From contig CAYZAK010000001.1 in assembly GCA_964476445.1 (NCBI GenBank), positions 8,351 through 72,350 of the forward strand: a DNA stretch of 64,000 nucleotides, written 5' to 3'. The DNA comes from an uncultured bacterium. GTDB lineage: Bacteria; CG03; SLGR01; JAGXOG01. Every line of letters begins with the position of its first letter. The first letter of the stretch is position 1. The notes below the pieces were generated by a model that was not told where the DNA came from, searched no databases, and was given only the letters and a program-made list of their open reading frames with translations. A program made the translations under genes and the position numbers. Shown here piece after piece: positions 45,701-57,500 of the stretch.

Positions 45701-48188
45701 AAAATTCCGGTTGATGATAGGGAGCTTCACCCGGCGAGGGATCCTCCAGCCAGAATATCTTGTACTCTCGAAAATTAGTATCCACGGCGGTATGAGTGCT
45801 TAAATCAAACTCTATACTCTGCCGGTCATAATTTTTTGTTGGCTCCGGGGGGCCGGGTTTTTGGGGATTTTTATTGTCCACCGTAAATGTGGAAGATACA
45901 ACCGTGGTGGATGCACCGTGAATATCAAAAATAGTATATTTTATCCTGATATCCCCCTCAAAATTTTGGGGAAGATGCTGACCGGTTATCCAGGTGAAGG
46001 TACTCATCTCAAAATCCGATGTAGCCGGGTAGTAATGGTAATCGCTTTTTGAGTGGTCCCAGACTCCTTTTAAATTTTCATCCTCATCGGCTACCGGATG
46101 CCATTGGCCGGCCGGCGAAGTGGAGTATTTAAATCCGGTGAGGTAGCAATCGTTAAATTCCAGATCCAACAATTCAAAATGGATATCCAGGTGGTACCTG
46201 TTATCCGCAATATATTCTAAAGGTTCATCTTCAAAGACAAAGTTTTTATCCCTCTGCTGAGCCCCGCTCCACATTCCTTCGGGCGGGGTATTTACTATCT
46301 GGCTGTCCGACCAGCCGCCTCGATTTTTAGCCGTATTTACAGCCTGAACCTGCCAGTAAAAAGTTCTTGAGGGTATATTGAGATAGACATAGGTGGACCG
46401 TCCAATATTCCCCCAGAACCCCCCCGACCTGTCGGTAGTTCCCATGGCCCCGGATATTACTGTCCAGGGTCCAAATTCTGATAAAGAACTTATCCGGATA
46501 TTATAAGCAAGCTGACTTTCGCTAGTTTGGTAATCGTCGCCGGGACCCCACTCAAGTTTTAGATGCCCCTCCTGAAAATCATAGGCCCCGTTAAACTCTC
46601 CTGAAGGGGGGGAAGGGGGTTCGTTTACCGGCCCGTCATTATTTACAAAAAATATATCGCTGTCTTCACGCAGGCCCCAGGTCATATCCAATCTGCTGTC
46701 ATTTGTAAAATCATAAAGAATGGTAGACCGGGCCTCTTCATTATTATTAAAACTGTGGCCAAACATTTCAAACGTATCCTGACCCTCGACATATTTATAC
46801 AGACGGTTATAATTATCTGAGTTTCCCGAAAAGTAGTCCATCATACCGTCTCCGGTAATATCCCCGGAGGAAACAGAATAACTGCTGTCCGTCTCCCAGG
46901 TTTCCCCGACCAACTCGAATTTACCGGATCCGTCGTTTATATAGTAAACATCCGGTTCATTCTGTTCGTTTACCGCCACAAAATCCCATATCCCGTTTCC
47001 GTTGATATCGGTAACCGCCACTCCCCGGGTGTTGTCAGGCTGCTCACCGGTTATATCCTTTAAACTAAAATTACCTTCGCCGTCGTTTATAAAAATCCTG
47101 TTGGGCTCCCCGTCAGTACCCCCGTAATTCCCAGCTATAATATCCAGGTAGGAGTTCCCGTTGACATCGGCAAGGACCACCGAAAGAGTATTGTCAGCTG
47201 TTGGAACATCAGGCAACTCCTGCGGAGCACCGAATTTTCCTGTGCCGTCATTAAAAAATATCCGGTTTTCTGAATTGTAAAGAGCCTCTACAAAATCCAT
47301 GTGCCCGTTACGGTTTATATCCCCTACCGCTATGGCCCGGCTGGCCGTGTTGTGTCTTCCCAGCTCCCGGTCAAACTCGAAATTACCGTCACCGTCGTTC
47401 ATATAAATTGCAATATCCCCGTAAGGGGTGACAGTCTCATTTATTATTATAAGGTCCAAATATCCGTTGTTATTTAGATCAACCAGGGCTACCACGCGGG
47501 AATGAGTATCCTCAATGCTCTGGCTTAAACTGAACGAACCGGTCTGATCGTTAATATAGATATCCACCGTTCCTCTGTCGTGTCGGGCCAGTACTAGGTC
47601 TGTATAATCGTTGCCGTTTATATCCCCCGCGGCATGGCCTTTGTTAGAACCCTCGCTCTCGTATTCAAAAATTTTTCGGCGTATAAAATGGTTCATTTCA
47701 AAAAATGCCGGAACAGAATAAGGGGAGACTTTATCCGCTTCATCCCAGGTTCTCACCGCCCAATAGTAGGTGGCGCTGGATTTTAGTTCCTCCTCTCCTC
47801 CGCCGGGAAGGCCGTAAGAGGTATAGGTATGGGTGGATTCCACCTTGGAGCTGTCCCAGCTATTCCCGGTACCCGTTTCCACATCCCCCAAATCTGTGGA
47901 GACAATTACCTGCCAGGCGCTCTGTTGGACCCCGGGATCGGGAATCCAGCTAAACTCAGGACGGGGTTCCTCTACACCACCAGGATTTCCCGGCTCAATC
48001 CAACCCTCAGTCCTCAGATCGTCAGGAGCTTCTACGGCCAGGGAAATCCCCGAAACCCATAATAACAAAACCGGAATTAATATTAACTTCTTTTTTATTT
48101 TTATTGTTAAATTCACCTGATTATCCAAAATATAATCTCTTTTTTCTCTTAACCTAGATATTATGTCAAATACGCCAAATATATTCAA
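42441..48188 (-). CDS. Giant (1915 aa) cell-surface protein: FG-GAP/VCBS beta-propeller, FN3/Ig-like domains, T9SS-type C-terminal sorting domain
   Basis: N-terminal signal/TM; at least six FG-GAP repeats (DINGNDYTDLVLARHD, DLNNNGYLDLIIIN, DINRNGHMDFVEALY, DVNGNSYLDIIAGNYGG, DINGNGIWDFVAVN, DITGDGMMDYFSGN); C-terminus ...CEIEIYTLSGRVVKTLKHSD...GIYNWYPVENTRGATVASGTYIYHIKSGGNRKTGKLMIIR resembles the Por secretion-system CTD. Confidence 0.7.
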   Translation of the reverse strand: MNIFGVFDIISRLREKRDYILDNQVNLTIKIKKKLILIPVLLLWVSGISLAVEAPDDLRTEGWIEPGNPGGVEEPRPEFSWIPDPGVQQSAWQVIVSTDLGDVETGTGNSWDSSKVESTHTYTSYGLPGGGEEELKSSATYYWAVRTWDEADKVSPYSVPAFFEMNHFIRRKIFEYESEGSNKGHAAGDINGNDYTDLVLARHDRGTVDIYINDQTGSFSLSQSIEDTHSRVVALVDLNNNGYLDLIIINETVTPYGDIAIYMNDGDGNFEFDRELGRHNTASRAIAVGDINRNGHMDFVEALYNSENRIFFNDGTGKFGAPQELPDVPTADNTLSVVLADVNGNSYLDIIAGNYGGTDGEPNRIFINDGEGNFSLKDITGEQPDNTRGVAVTDINGNGIWDFVAVNEQNEPDVYYINDGSGKFELVGETWETDSSYSVSSGDITGDGMMDYFSGNSDNYNRLYKYVEGQDTFEMFGHSFNNNEEARSTILYDFTNDSRLDMTWGLREDSDIFFVNNDGPVNEPPSPPSGEFNGAYDFQEGHLKLEWGPGDDYQTSESQLAYNIRISSLSEFGPWTVISGAMGTTDRSGGFWGNIGRSTYVYLNIPSRTFYWQVQAVNTAKNRGGWSDSQIVNTPPEGMWSGAQQRDKNFVFEDEPLEYIADNRYHLDIHFELLDLEFNDCYLTGFKYSTSPAGQWHPVADEDENLKGVWDHSKSDYHYYPATSDFEMSTFTWITGQHLPQNFEGDIRIKYTIFDIHGASTTVVSSTFTVDNKNPQKPGPPEPTKNYDRQSIEFDLSTHTAVDTNFREYKIFWLEDPSPGEAPYHQPEFYDGCITKDNPGYGFLDFVYYGGRSSVTVSGLTPDTTYHFSIFGYDNFGNYSYSYKAVKKTNHPPKVNILSAAQRRDGSGLVDIEFEGKDHDVEISTYVPDGNQFWLGAGENYIMAPSYKDKKFSPELNFNNEFSTYTFVWNAKEDLEPAAGEDYSITAVQLKFTDHKDETSASYNTDFTVDISSPVLGNVQIENPIETSMDWSWDKAVEANFDRYELWYSSSGYEYVIYRDTSTAEVIEFKNIDTQSTTTLKHQRDTRYWGCLWAYDEFGYESRTATTTALTRDPPSAVFSKTPNKKRDGSGEVIVKVDVGAESNYEVRFKVEYSTAPDAPWQKATLPSTGAVTEGKENVEFTPEEEYQIKNIVTEYGTNTVTFNWLSQQDEEGAYNEQTKLRVIVNDGSSGIPGIDYKLTSKEFLINNSRPILDITGTYYEHDESILNLKFKRESFENEPHPELDKEKTDITKIELYKSSTSLENPVSLVGFDYSTVGPPGSAVEIIIPKHLRQKISRWDAAFRAAGEPPGGEPFLRILSSATADTHGNYSIKRATALFRQDINWHRDETSPQLEEATYKIIGGDIRLFLEFNQYMDVWTSPELSSTTIELDGLSIYASTENKREFTGEIYTIETGEMNSKGVYIGIPEEEHNIIWSLREEADDDKLYLDVSSRTIRDLSGNKVDPEENFDIFIDIDEEEEGPGIVSVFPEDLEHILDKNKDNTTARIEIYIDQFILPEGISDALRVIQVNDSEGNEVNREIHFSSVQAGNYAQPRETEQGVVMSSITFTPARSLPGNSKIRVKVSSENIISLFRINMHEDFKWSFRTIVENEDRNHLVSPSGRIRVTVEPGQFPSSGRIEFTEEIPQNEPQLASVSEVISANNAEATWGDKFHYPFEEFTTEVIFRSTEGIAQNQIFEDLGTITFDYTDLLYEDKYLRSGLNPPVKESTLKVYYLDENSKKWVPISSKVNIKENRVSAPLKNFSVYTVMGGRNYDMEDSHPYPVPYKPSERPTGAPRDGITFRYLPAECEIEIYTLSGRVVKTLKHSDAQAPQPGIYNWYPVENTRGATVASGTYIYHIKSGGNRKTGKLMIIR

Positions 48189-48224
48189 CCGGCCGGATTA
48201 TGGGAAGATTCTTTGGGTCTTAAT

Positions 48225-48540
48225 TTACCTTATTATGGCTATCCGCCGGGTCTTTTCCACCGTTCCTTCGTCGGATTTTACCACTATTCGGGCCAGGTAC
48301 CCACCTTTAGCCACGTCCTGACCCCGCTCGTTTACGGCGTACCAGGGGAAACTGTTGTGTCCCTGCCGACCGCCGTTCTCCCCGGCGTCAAATTCCCAGT
48401 ATTTAACCAGATACCCCATCATATCGTACAGATATACTTCAACATTGGCGTCCTGATTAAGAATGTAGGTTATCTTAGTCTTCTCGGCGCCCAAATCAAA
48501 CCGGGCGGGATTGGGATAGTTGGATACCTCGCTTACAACC
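48225..48540 (-). other. T9SS-type C-terminal sorting domain of the giant adhesin
   Basis: Last ~100 aa SNYPNPARFDLGAEKTKITYILNQDANVEVYLYDMMGYLVKYW...GGYLARIVVKSDEGTVEKTRRIAIIR: NP.NP start, Y.Y.D..G..V, G.Y..R pattern of Por_Secre_tail-like CTDs. Confidence 0.6.
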
Positions 48541-51500
48541 TCATCGGGCATTCCGGTAACCGCAGGTTCGGAAATTTCCGACCACGGTCCCCAGTTTCCG
48601 GCGTTATCCCGGGCCCTTACCCGGTAGTAATAGAAATGGCCGGGATCTTTTTCTTCAATGAAATAACTGTTATTATCCGAAGAAACATAAGCTACTGTCT
48701 GCCAGTCAGGTGAAGTATCTCTTCTTTCCTGAACTTCATACCGGGCGACCCCGCTTTCCGTTTCCGAAGCATCGTCCTGGGCGTCATCCCAGCTTACGTT
48801 ATAAGAGACCATGGGTTTATCCTGTCTTTGCTGATCGGGAACGGGTTTACCGGGTTCGGTCGGCGGATTCAGATCCACTCTGAAACTAGCTTCCCCGTGC
48901 CCCGGCGACCAGACCACGTTGCCTTCGTCATCCTGGGATGCTGTTCTTACACGGAAAGTATAAATTTCACCGTGTCTTAAAGATAATCCGTGTAAAGTAG
49001 CTTCGGCCGAAGACCATCCCTCGGAATCGGACGTTTTACCCAGGTCTCTAAATTCGGCACCGGCGGCAGAATAAAGATTATGGGTAATACCTTCTTCAGA
49101 AGTGGTATGAGATCTCCAGTTGGCACGGACCGTAGTGGGAGAATTTATCCACTCTTCCACGTCTACCTCCGGTATAGTGGGAGCATACTCGTTTCTTATG
49201 AGCATGGCCGCCACTTCAAAAAACGGTTCCTTTTTCTCTCCGGTAATTATTCTCTGCTGGGGAGTTATATTTAAATTTGTGGTTATATCCGACTCCAGTC
49301 GGAGACCGATTAATCCGTTCACCCGAGCGGCGTGAGCAACATCAAAAGTCAGGTAATAGATCTGATACTGAGCGGTTATCACATTACCAGTAGTTAAATC
49401 TATCCTGGCCGCGCCGGCTTCAAAAATGTCATCGCCGGAAGTTACAAGCATATCTTTAACCGGGTCGAACTCCCCGTCTCCGGTGGTATCCCGGTACATC
49501 TTTATAATGTCTATACCGGTATCGTCAAGATCGCCGGTTTTTAAAAACCGAAGATAATTCAAAGTGGGTCCACCATCGGCGCCGGCTGCGGTTTGGGTCG
49601 CCACCCGGACTCTGAATTCAGCCATGGTTACATCCCTCTCATTCTGTCTGGCCCCCGCCGGAGAAACATCCACCGGCTCAAAATCAATTTTAATCGGATC
49701 TATAAAGGCTTCTTCGCTTTCTACAGGGTAAATCTCAGGTTGTTCGGCAATCTCATTGTTACCGCTGATTGAGAATATTCCGGGAGAAGTAATCCGGGAG
49801 CCGGGGGCATGCTCCGGTTCAGCTTCCACTGCAATATCGTAAACAATAAAGTACCGTCTTGCCCGCGAACCTATAGTCTGTATGTGTTCTTTAGGGAAGG
49901 TTATATTCACATCTCTTCCTTCAGAAAAAACTTCTGTGGAAAGAGTTATCAACCGGTCCGCTCCGGGTTCAAAAATACCGTTATTGTTGGAGTCATAGTA
50001 TATCTTAACCGCTTTAATATCATCTATTATGCTTTCACCGGTAAGTTCTATTCTAACCCCGTACCAGTCGGCTTCGGCAGAAGGTATATAGGGATCCGGA
50101 TTTCTGGTGGTAAGAGTGAACTGGTCCATAAGGACATCGCCCTCTCCCTGGACAACCCGGGCAGGGGTCGGAGGACGTCCGTCCGCATCCCTTTCGGGAG
50201 TTAACCGTATAATATCTTCAAATTCGGTTATTTGGGCCAGCGAAGTAGTGAAATCACCCTCATCAAATTCTATCCAGTCATTATTAATTCCCGGTTGGGA
50301 CATATTCTCATCCACCGTAGATTCCCATAGCTGTTCCTGATATTCAACCACATCTCCTATCTGATAAGCCTCTTCTTCCTCTTCCGGTTCGCTCCACCGG
50401 GAATAATTTCTCCATCTCACTTCATCCCAGTCCCCAACATACCTAAAGTCATCGGTATTGAAACGTATTCCAACCTCTCTTCCCACGCGGGCCTGGTTGG
50501 ACATTTCAAGGACAATAAAATATCTTTGAGGATTGGTATCTATTGTCTGATAATTCTCTTCCCTGAAATTGAGTTCGCAAACCCCGTCCACAAAAATATT
50601 CATGGCGTCGCTTACAAGTTCGGCGGTTTCCGGGTCAAAGACTCCTTCATCCTGGGTATCTTTGTAAATTCTGGCGCTGGAAATATCCGGGTCGGCGGCG
50701 TCTCCCTCTAAATGTATATCCATCCCGGTCCATATAGATGCATGGGCATCGGTCTCCAGCACAATTGTACCGGCCAGAAGTCTGCCGTAAGGATTGTCTT
50801 CAATTTCTTCGTATTCAATTTCTCCTTCCTCATAAAGGTCCCTTAAATGCTGAAAATACCGTACACTGTCTCCCTGAACTACTCTGAGCATTTCCCGGTC
50901 ATCGGGAGTTACTATCATGGTATCCTCTGTGGGATCAATCTGAATATGTCTGGTCTCAAATTCTATATCATCCACGGCATGAGGATAAGCTACCGTGAAG
51001 TATCCCCGGTCTCCGATTCTTAACCCCACTTCACTGTTATTGTCAGCGTCAGCGGAAATATCGGCTACTATAAACCAGAAGTTTTCCTCATCTGACCTAA
51101 TAATCTGACTTCCATATTGGTCGGTAAAATTCAGATTGACAAATCCGTCCCGAACTTCGCCTTCGGCCACCAGTTCATCCACATCCGGAGTGAACGGAGG
51201 TTCTTCCCCGGGGTCATGGGGGGACTCGTTCCGGTAAACAGCAACCCGGGAAAAATCGCTGTCTCTGGAATAATCGTTGCCCACTCTACGCAATCTCAAT
51301 CCCTCCCAATCCACGTGGTAACCGTCAACTTCCATATCCAGTGTGGCCATGTGAACATCTCTTGTCCCCTGAAATTCACGGACCGGAGCTTTGTCTGCAG
51401 GATCCACAGTTACTAAACTGGGCGAAGCTATTATAGTGGAAACCTGAGTGATATAAGGCAGATTTTCGTCGCTCATAGTATTGGGAGAAGATATGGAAAA

Positions 51501-54500
51501 ATTAGCCTGTTCATTAATAGACAGCTGAATAGTTCTATCAGGTACAGCGTGACGATCCAGGTCCAGGGAAATGATAAATGATTTGGGCAGAGGCTCAAAG
51601 CTGCCGTCAGGTTCGCCTAACATCTGGGCTTTATCTTCAGGTATCCTAATCCGGCATACTCCTTCGGTAAACCTGTTCCCGGTAGATATTCTTACATCAC
51701 CGGTATTAATCCGGCCGGTCAGATCTTTATCCCACCACAGGGTGACGTTTTCTATGTCCTCATCGGAGGCGGTACCCTCCTGGAAAAGTACCAGGGCGGG
51801 TTCATTTTCTGCTTCGTTATCCATCCAGTGAGCATAAGAAATTTTTGTTTCAAAATTAAGCCGTAAAGTGGGCATATCAGTTCTGTTCTGGATAAAAAGC
51901 CCGTCCTGTACCCCGGTATCCGGATCGGTAATCTGGTAAGAAATATCCGTGGGCTCGACAGTAACGGTATCCGGATAGGGATTCACTATTTTTTCAGAAA
52001 CATCAATTGGAATCTGAGCATCTGAAACCTGATTGGGATCCGTCACAGTAAAATAATCCGTATCGGCTATTCTTATACCCAGTGATTCATCTTCCGGAGC
52101 GTAAGGATTAAGATCTATAGTCACCAGATAACGCCTTGGATAACCTGGAGTTCCACTGTCTCTTATATCCTGGTGGTTGTCTTCGTCAAATTCCATAAAA
52201 GTTGTCGAAGAACTGAATACGTCGGCTCCCTCTGATATAAGCCTATCTGCCAGTCCCGTGGGACTATTGGTAGTGGTATTAACCACCGGCTGGCCGGCAG
52301 CGTCCGTAGAACCGGATACCCACCACCAGACCTTGACTGCGTCAACCCATTCATCGGTAAGGGACCCGGTCTTATCCACCCGGAGACCGGTCCATATTAC
52401 TGAGTTTGCATCCGAACGTAAATCCAGTATTGAATATGCAGCGTTCCGGGCACCCTGTCTTATATTGCCCATTGTAGAATCTCTGGCTATAAGCAAAGTA
52501 TCTTCGGTGGGCTGAATCTCAGGCTGGGGTGTATCTTCATCCGCAGGCATAGGAGCGGGAAAGGTATCTTCTTCACCGGGATCCTGAACCCCGTCTCTGT
52601 TTTTATCGTTAAAATCCAGAACTCTGTTTTCTCCTTCATCGTCCCTGGCTATAACTCTGTCGGGAGAATCAATCCTTATACCCACTTCTGCTCCCGGAGT
52701 GGCCGCAGGGTCAAAATCTAGAGCCACAAAATAGGTCTGGGTAGACTCTCTTATGGTCTGGGGCCGTTTTTCAAATTCTCCGTCCACGTAGTGCCCTATA
52801 TCAATCATAGCCACTCCTTCTATTTCGGCACCGAACCTATCGTGACCGGAACTAATAATTTCATCGGCTAAGGGTTTAAAATCCTTATCTCCCGTCGCGT
52901 CCCGGAAAATTTTTATAGCCCGGATATCGTCATCACTAACTCCGTCTCCACGCAGGGTAACTCTTAACTCAGTCCAGTCAATAGTATACCTGGTGGTAAC
53001 CATATCGAAGGCCATAAAACCTACATCTTCTTCAGCCTGTCTTACCGTATCGGTATCTTTTATAAGAGACCAGGACGGCATAACAATATCTCCGGGCGCA
53101 ATTCTCACCGTAACTGTGGGAGTATTAATATCAAAGTTATTGTCAGCTACTTCGGTACCTCTCCATCTTCCGGAGGCTGAAAAATATCTTTTTTCCCAGT
53201 GCAGGTTCAGGTAGTTATCCGGTTCGGCGTCATAGGCCATATCCACGGTTATAAAATAGTGTCTGGCACTTTGACCTATATATTGGGGATGACCGGTATT
53301 TTCCTCCAGATCCAGTATGGCAAACCCGTTCTGAAAAGTTCCCGAAGAGAGCAAAGTTTCCGGAGACGAACCATCAAGATTATTGGGGTCGTCCGGTTCC
53401 GGCGGAGTAAATGCTCCGTCACCGTCATCCAGCCATATTCTGACAGCTATTACATCTTCATCGGGAACCGTACCTTCCAGATCCACCCTCATTTCCGACC
53501 ATTCGGCAGTTCCGGTGGTGGTAAAAATATCCAGCCGGTCCATTAAAGCGTTTGTATGATCCTGGAAAAGATCGTCAACGGTCATTCTTTCCCCGGTCAT
53601 TGCGTCCGTGTAGGGCCGTACTATGGCCCCGGTCACGGTAAGCTCATCGGATTCGCCGTATATTGTATCGTCTTCTGAATCGGTCATCTGTATAACTATG
53701 GGCTCAACCCCCACCGCTTCGTCGGTAACTACATCGGCTCTTATTTCAGCGGTCAGTTCGCCGGGCTCCCAGAATTCGTGCCCCACCGAATTTGCAAAAT
53801 CATAAGTTTCCGTCTGGCTTCCGTCTATCGTAAATATAGGACGTCTCTCCTCGGGATAACCGGGCGCTACTATATTAAAGGTAGCCTTTCCCACATAGTA
53901 ATGCCAGGTATCCGTTGAACCATAAGGTTTATTGGGATCCGGATGTCCGGATGCATGGTTCCCGTAGGTATCCTTCGCGGTTATGTCCACTCCTTTATTC
54001 CGGTACACTGTAGCGTAATTGTTATCATGTAAATCCAGTTCAAACTCCACCGGATCGGCCGGATATACGTTTACAACCTGGCTGGCCTCTTCCCAGCCCC
54101 GGTAAGGATCTTCGGATACCGTGACCTTATTTTTGCCCGCCACACGCGAGGTATAGTAAAATGAGGAAGAATGACTTCCCCCGGGAATTGAAATAACGCT
54201 AACGCCCCAGTTTTCACCGCCATCAGTGGAAAAATTCGCGCCCGGATCTTCGATTCCGGGTGGACCCGTGGCATCCAGACTCAGATCCACCGATTCTTCC
54301 ACACGGGAATAGTTGCCGTATTTATCCCTGGCCTGAACGGTGATTCTATAATCTTCCGGATTGTACTGAGTGTAATCGGAATACTCCGGAGATACTATTA
54401 TATTCCGGGTGGAAGTAATTATCTCCAGCTGGGTTATTTCTCCTCCTACCACTTCAACTTCCTGACGGCCCCAGTTCCAACCTCCGGCAGCCCTTTCGGC

Positions 54501-57500
54501 TTCTATTTCCCAGGTACCCGATCTGTATGCTTTCATATAGTAAGACACTCTGGACGTTCCGGTAGTCATCACCACCCTGTTATCAGGGTAAATATCCACC
54601 CAGTTAGTAGAAGATTTGGAAAACTCATATATATCCGATGAAGTTGAATCGCCGGTTTCCGCGTCTTTAAAATAGAGGTTAATTTCTTCGTTGTAATCCA
54701 CTTCCGACCAGTTTCCGTACTGATCCCTGGCCTCTATGTCAATTCGCCAGCTGGTGGCCCCGGCAACCAGAGGATGTTCGGAAGTGTAAGGTTCGGATAC
54801 ATATACCAAACGGTCTGGATCGGCGGGATCTACCTGCTGAACCTGCTGGGCGCTTCCCCAGTTCACCGGCGCGCCTTTGTATTCAGACGGTCCACTAACA
54901 TCCACCCTGGGATTACCCCGGACATGATCCAGATAATTAAACTCAGCCTGGTAGGGCAGCAGAGATTTTTCAGAATCCGTTGAAATATATAACTTTGGTC
55001 TGGAGGGTTCCCAGTCATCCACGTAGCTGAACGTTCCCATATTGGTTTCAAAACCGCACCATGAGGAATCCGAATCCAGGGTCAATTCCACGGTTTCGGT
55101 AACCGGTTTGACATTTCCGTAATCATCGTAAAGGCGGATTCTCATCTGAGGGGAATAGTTTCCGGCCCGCATCTCCATGGACCCGGTATCAAAATTTATA
55201 GACATTATATCGTCGGGATCAACCCGGACATCATATACACCGTCACCGGTCGGGGGGTGGGGATCCCCGGTTCCTCCCAGATTGGCATCGGCGGTTATTG
55301 TATGGGAAGCCATAGTTACTTCGTCCCAGGAAGCTTTTTCCTCATAATAATATATTTCCCTCACGTACTCCCCGCTGGGTATTAAAATATCCTGCAGACC
55401 GTTATTATTATTGTCCGTCAAAGGTAAATTATTTTCATCGTAAAACCGGTGCCTGGGACTAACATTCGAACCCACATCCCACGGTGACCCGGAATCAGTA
55501 TATATATTAATTCTGGTATCCCCGGTCACCGCATCGTTGCCATACTGATCTTTTCTAAATAATACGTAAGGTATATCCACATCCGGCGAATCCCCGGCCG
55601 TAAACTGCGGATTTCCCTCTTCAAATATCAAATAATCGGCAACTCCTCCAATAGAGGTTATCCATGCCGACTGTCCGCTTATGGGTTTTGTGGAAGCTGA
55701 TACGTCTATTATGGCCTCGTCGCCGGCGTACTGGGAGACGGTATAACTTATCCCTCTAACCATACCCGAAGAATCAACCACCGAGGTCTGGGGGGTTATT
55801 ACACTGCCTTCATTTTTATTGCCGATATCTAAGGTCTCAGTAAAAGAGATATTATAAGTGGAAATTTCAACTTCCAGTCCCTCAGCCCCTTCTATGGTGG
55901 TATTGTAATAATTATCGGTGGCGAAAGCCCTAATTTCTCTTGTATCGCCAGCCGGAATATCCACCGGATCCATGGGGAATACCGTAAACCGGCTCACCGA
56001 TCCGGGCGATATTTCTATACCGGTCTGTTCGCCGTAAATACCGTTGAATTCGTAAAAACTGTCCTCCACCCGTACGGTCCGGTCGCCGGCCCGTCTTAAA
56101 GTTACACCGGCGTCCCAGGTTCTTACTCCTTCATCTTCCACAGTAAAAGTGTAGTTACCGGGTAAACCGGAGCCGGGAGCTTCCGTGGTTCCGGGCCAGT
56201 CGGCGTCCTCATCGGCGGAAAATACTACCTCGCCCTGATAGGCCCGGTCTTCGGGCACTGTACCGCCGTCGGCTACATTTCCAAACTGGTCCCTGGCGGT
56301 GACCGTAACATCGCTGGCTGACCCGGCGGAAGTATCCTGGATGCCGGTAACATCCAGATAATCGGTATAATCCGGGTCCAAGGGCTGATGGGAGGAAGTA
56401 GCCCTTATTATACCGTAACCGTCTACAGCATCCGCATATATCCGGTTTGATTCCAGGACCGTCTTTAAAGTTATATCCGGAAAAGTTCTGTCTCCGCCGG
56501 TCAGCACCCGGGCAGAAGGTAAATCAGCCTGGGGATCTTTAGAAGATAGTCCTACTTCCGGACCGGTGGAAACCAGGTTCCAGTAATCATCCACTGCCCG
56601 GACGGTAATATCAAATCCCTCTCCGGCTCGCTGTATATCGGGAGTTCCGGCGATACCGTCATCGGAACCGGGTTCGGGAAATTCATCGGGAAGTACTACC
56701 TGCAGCCGGCTAAACTGGTTGGGATAAACCTCTATTTCGGGGGTATATCCAACTTCAAGCTTTTCGGCAGTATCGGTCAGTTCCACCGTCCAACCGCCGT
56801 CTGGCGTGGTCCCGGCGTTACGGGCGGTTCTAAAGGTAATATCAATATTCCTTTCACCATCTGAAAGCGTACTGGGAGCCGGAGTTATACCGTAGGGATC
56901 ATCCACTGTGGCGTGCACCTGGGCGGTGGACCGGGCTACATTCCACCAGTCATCACAGGCCTGTAAATAAGCTATGACAGGTTCACCGGCGATTTGAGAA
57001 TCGGGATCGCCCGAAAAACCGGTAGCCGAATTTCCAACATCAGCTTCAAGTCCGGGTACAAGGACCCTTAACTGAGTGGCCTCGTTGGCCACTACATCTA
57101 CCGGCTGGGACTCATCTGACTCATAGGGGGGGAGTTTTCCGGAGTCATCCTCCACAGTTAGGGTAGTCTCTCCCTCCCTGGCGGTGACCAGGGTGAGAAA
57201 AGCTTCGGCGGTACCATTTTCAAGATGGACACTTTGAGCGGTGTATCCATAGGAGTCACTATGGGGATCACTAGAATCAAGCTCCACTACCGGACTTGTG
57301 GTAGTAACCACATTCCAGTGTCTGTCGGTTAAATTTATAGTAACCGGAAATACCTGACCGGCTACCTGAGTTTCCGGAGAACCTTCTCTTCCGTCTTCGG
57401 AACCTGGTAAACCCGTAACTCCTTCTGGCAATACCTGGAGCCGGTCAGGATCTCCAACCTGGACTGGGACCGGATCGGATGTATCTTCATCCAGAGCACC

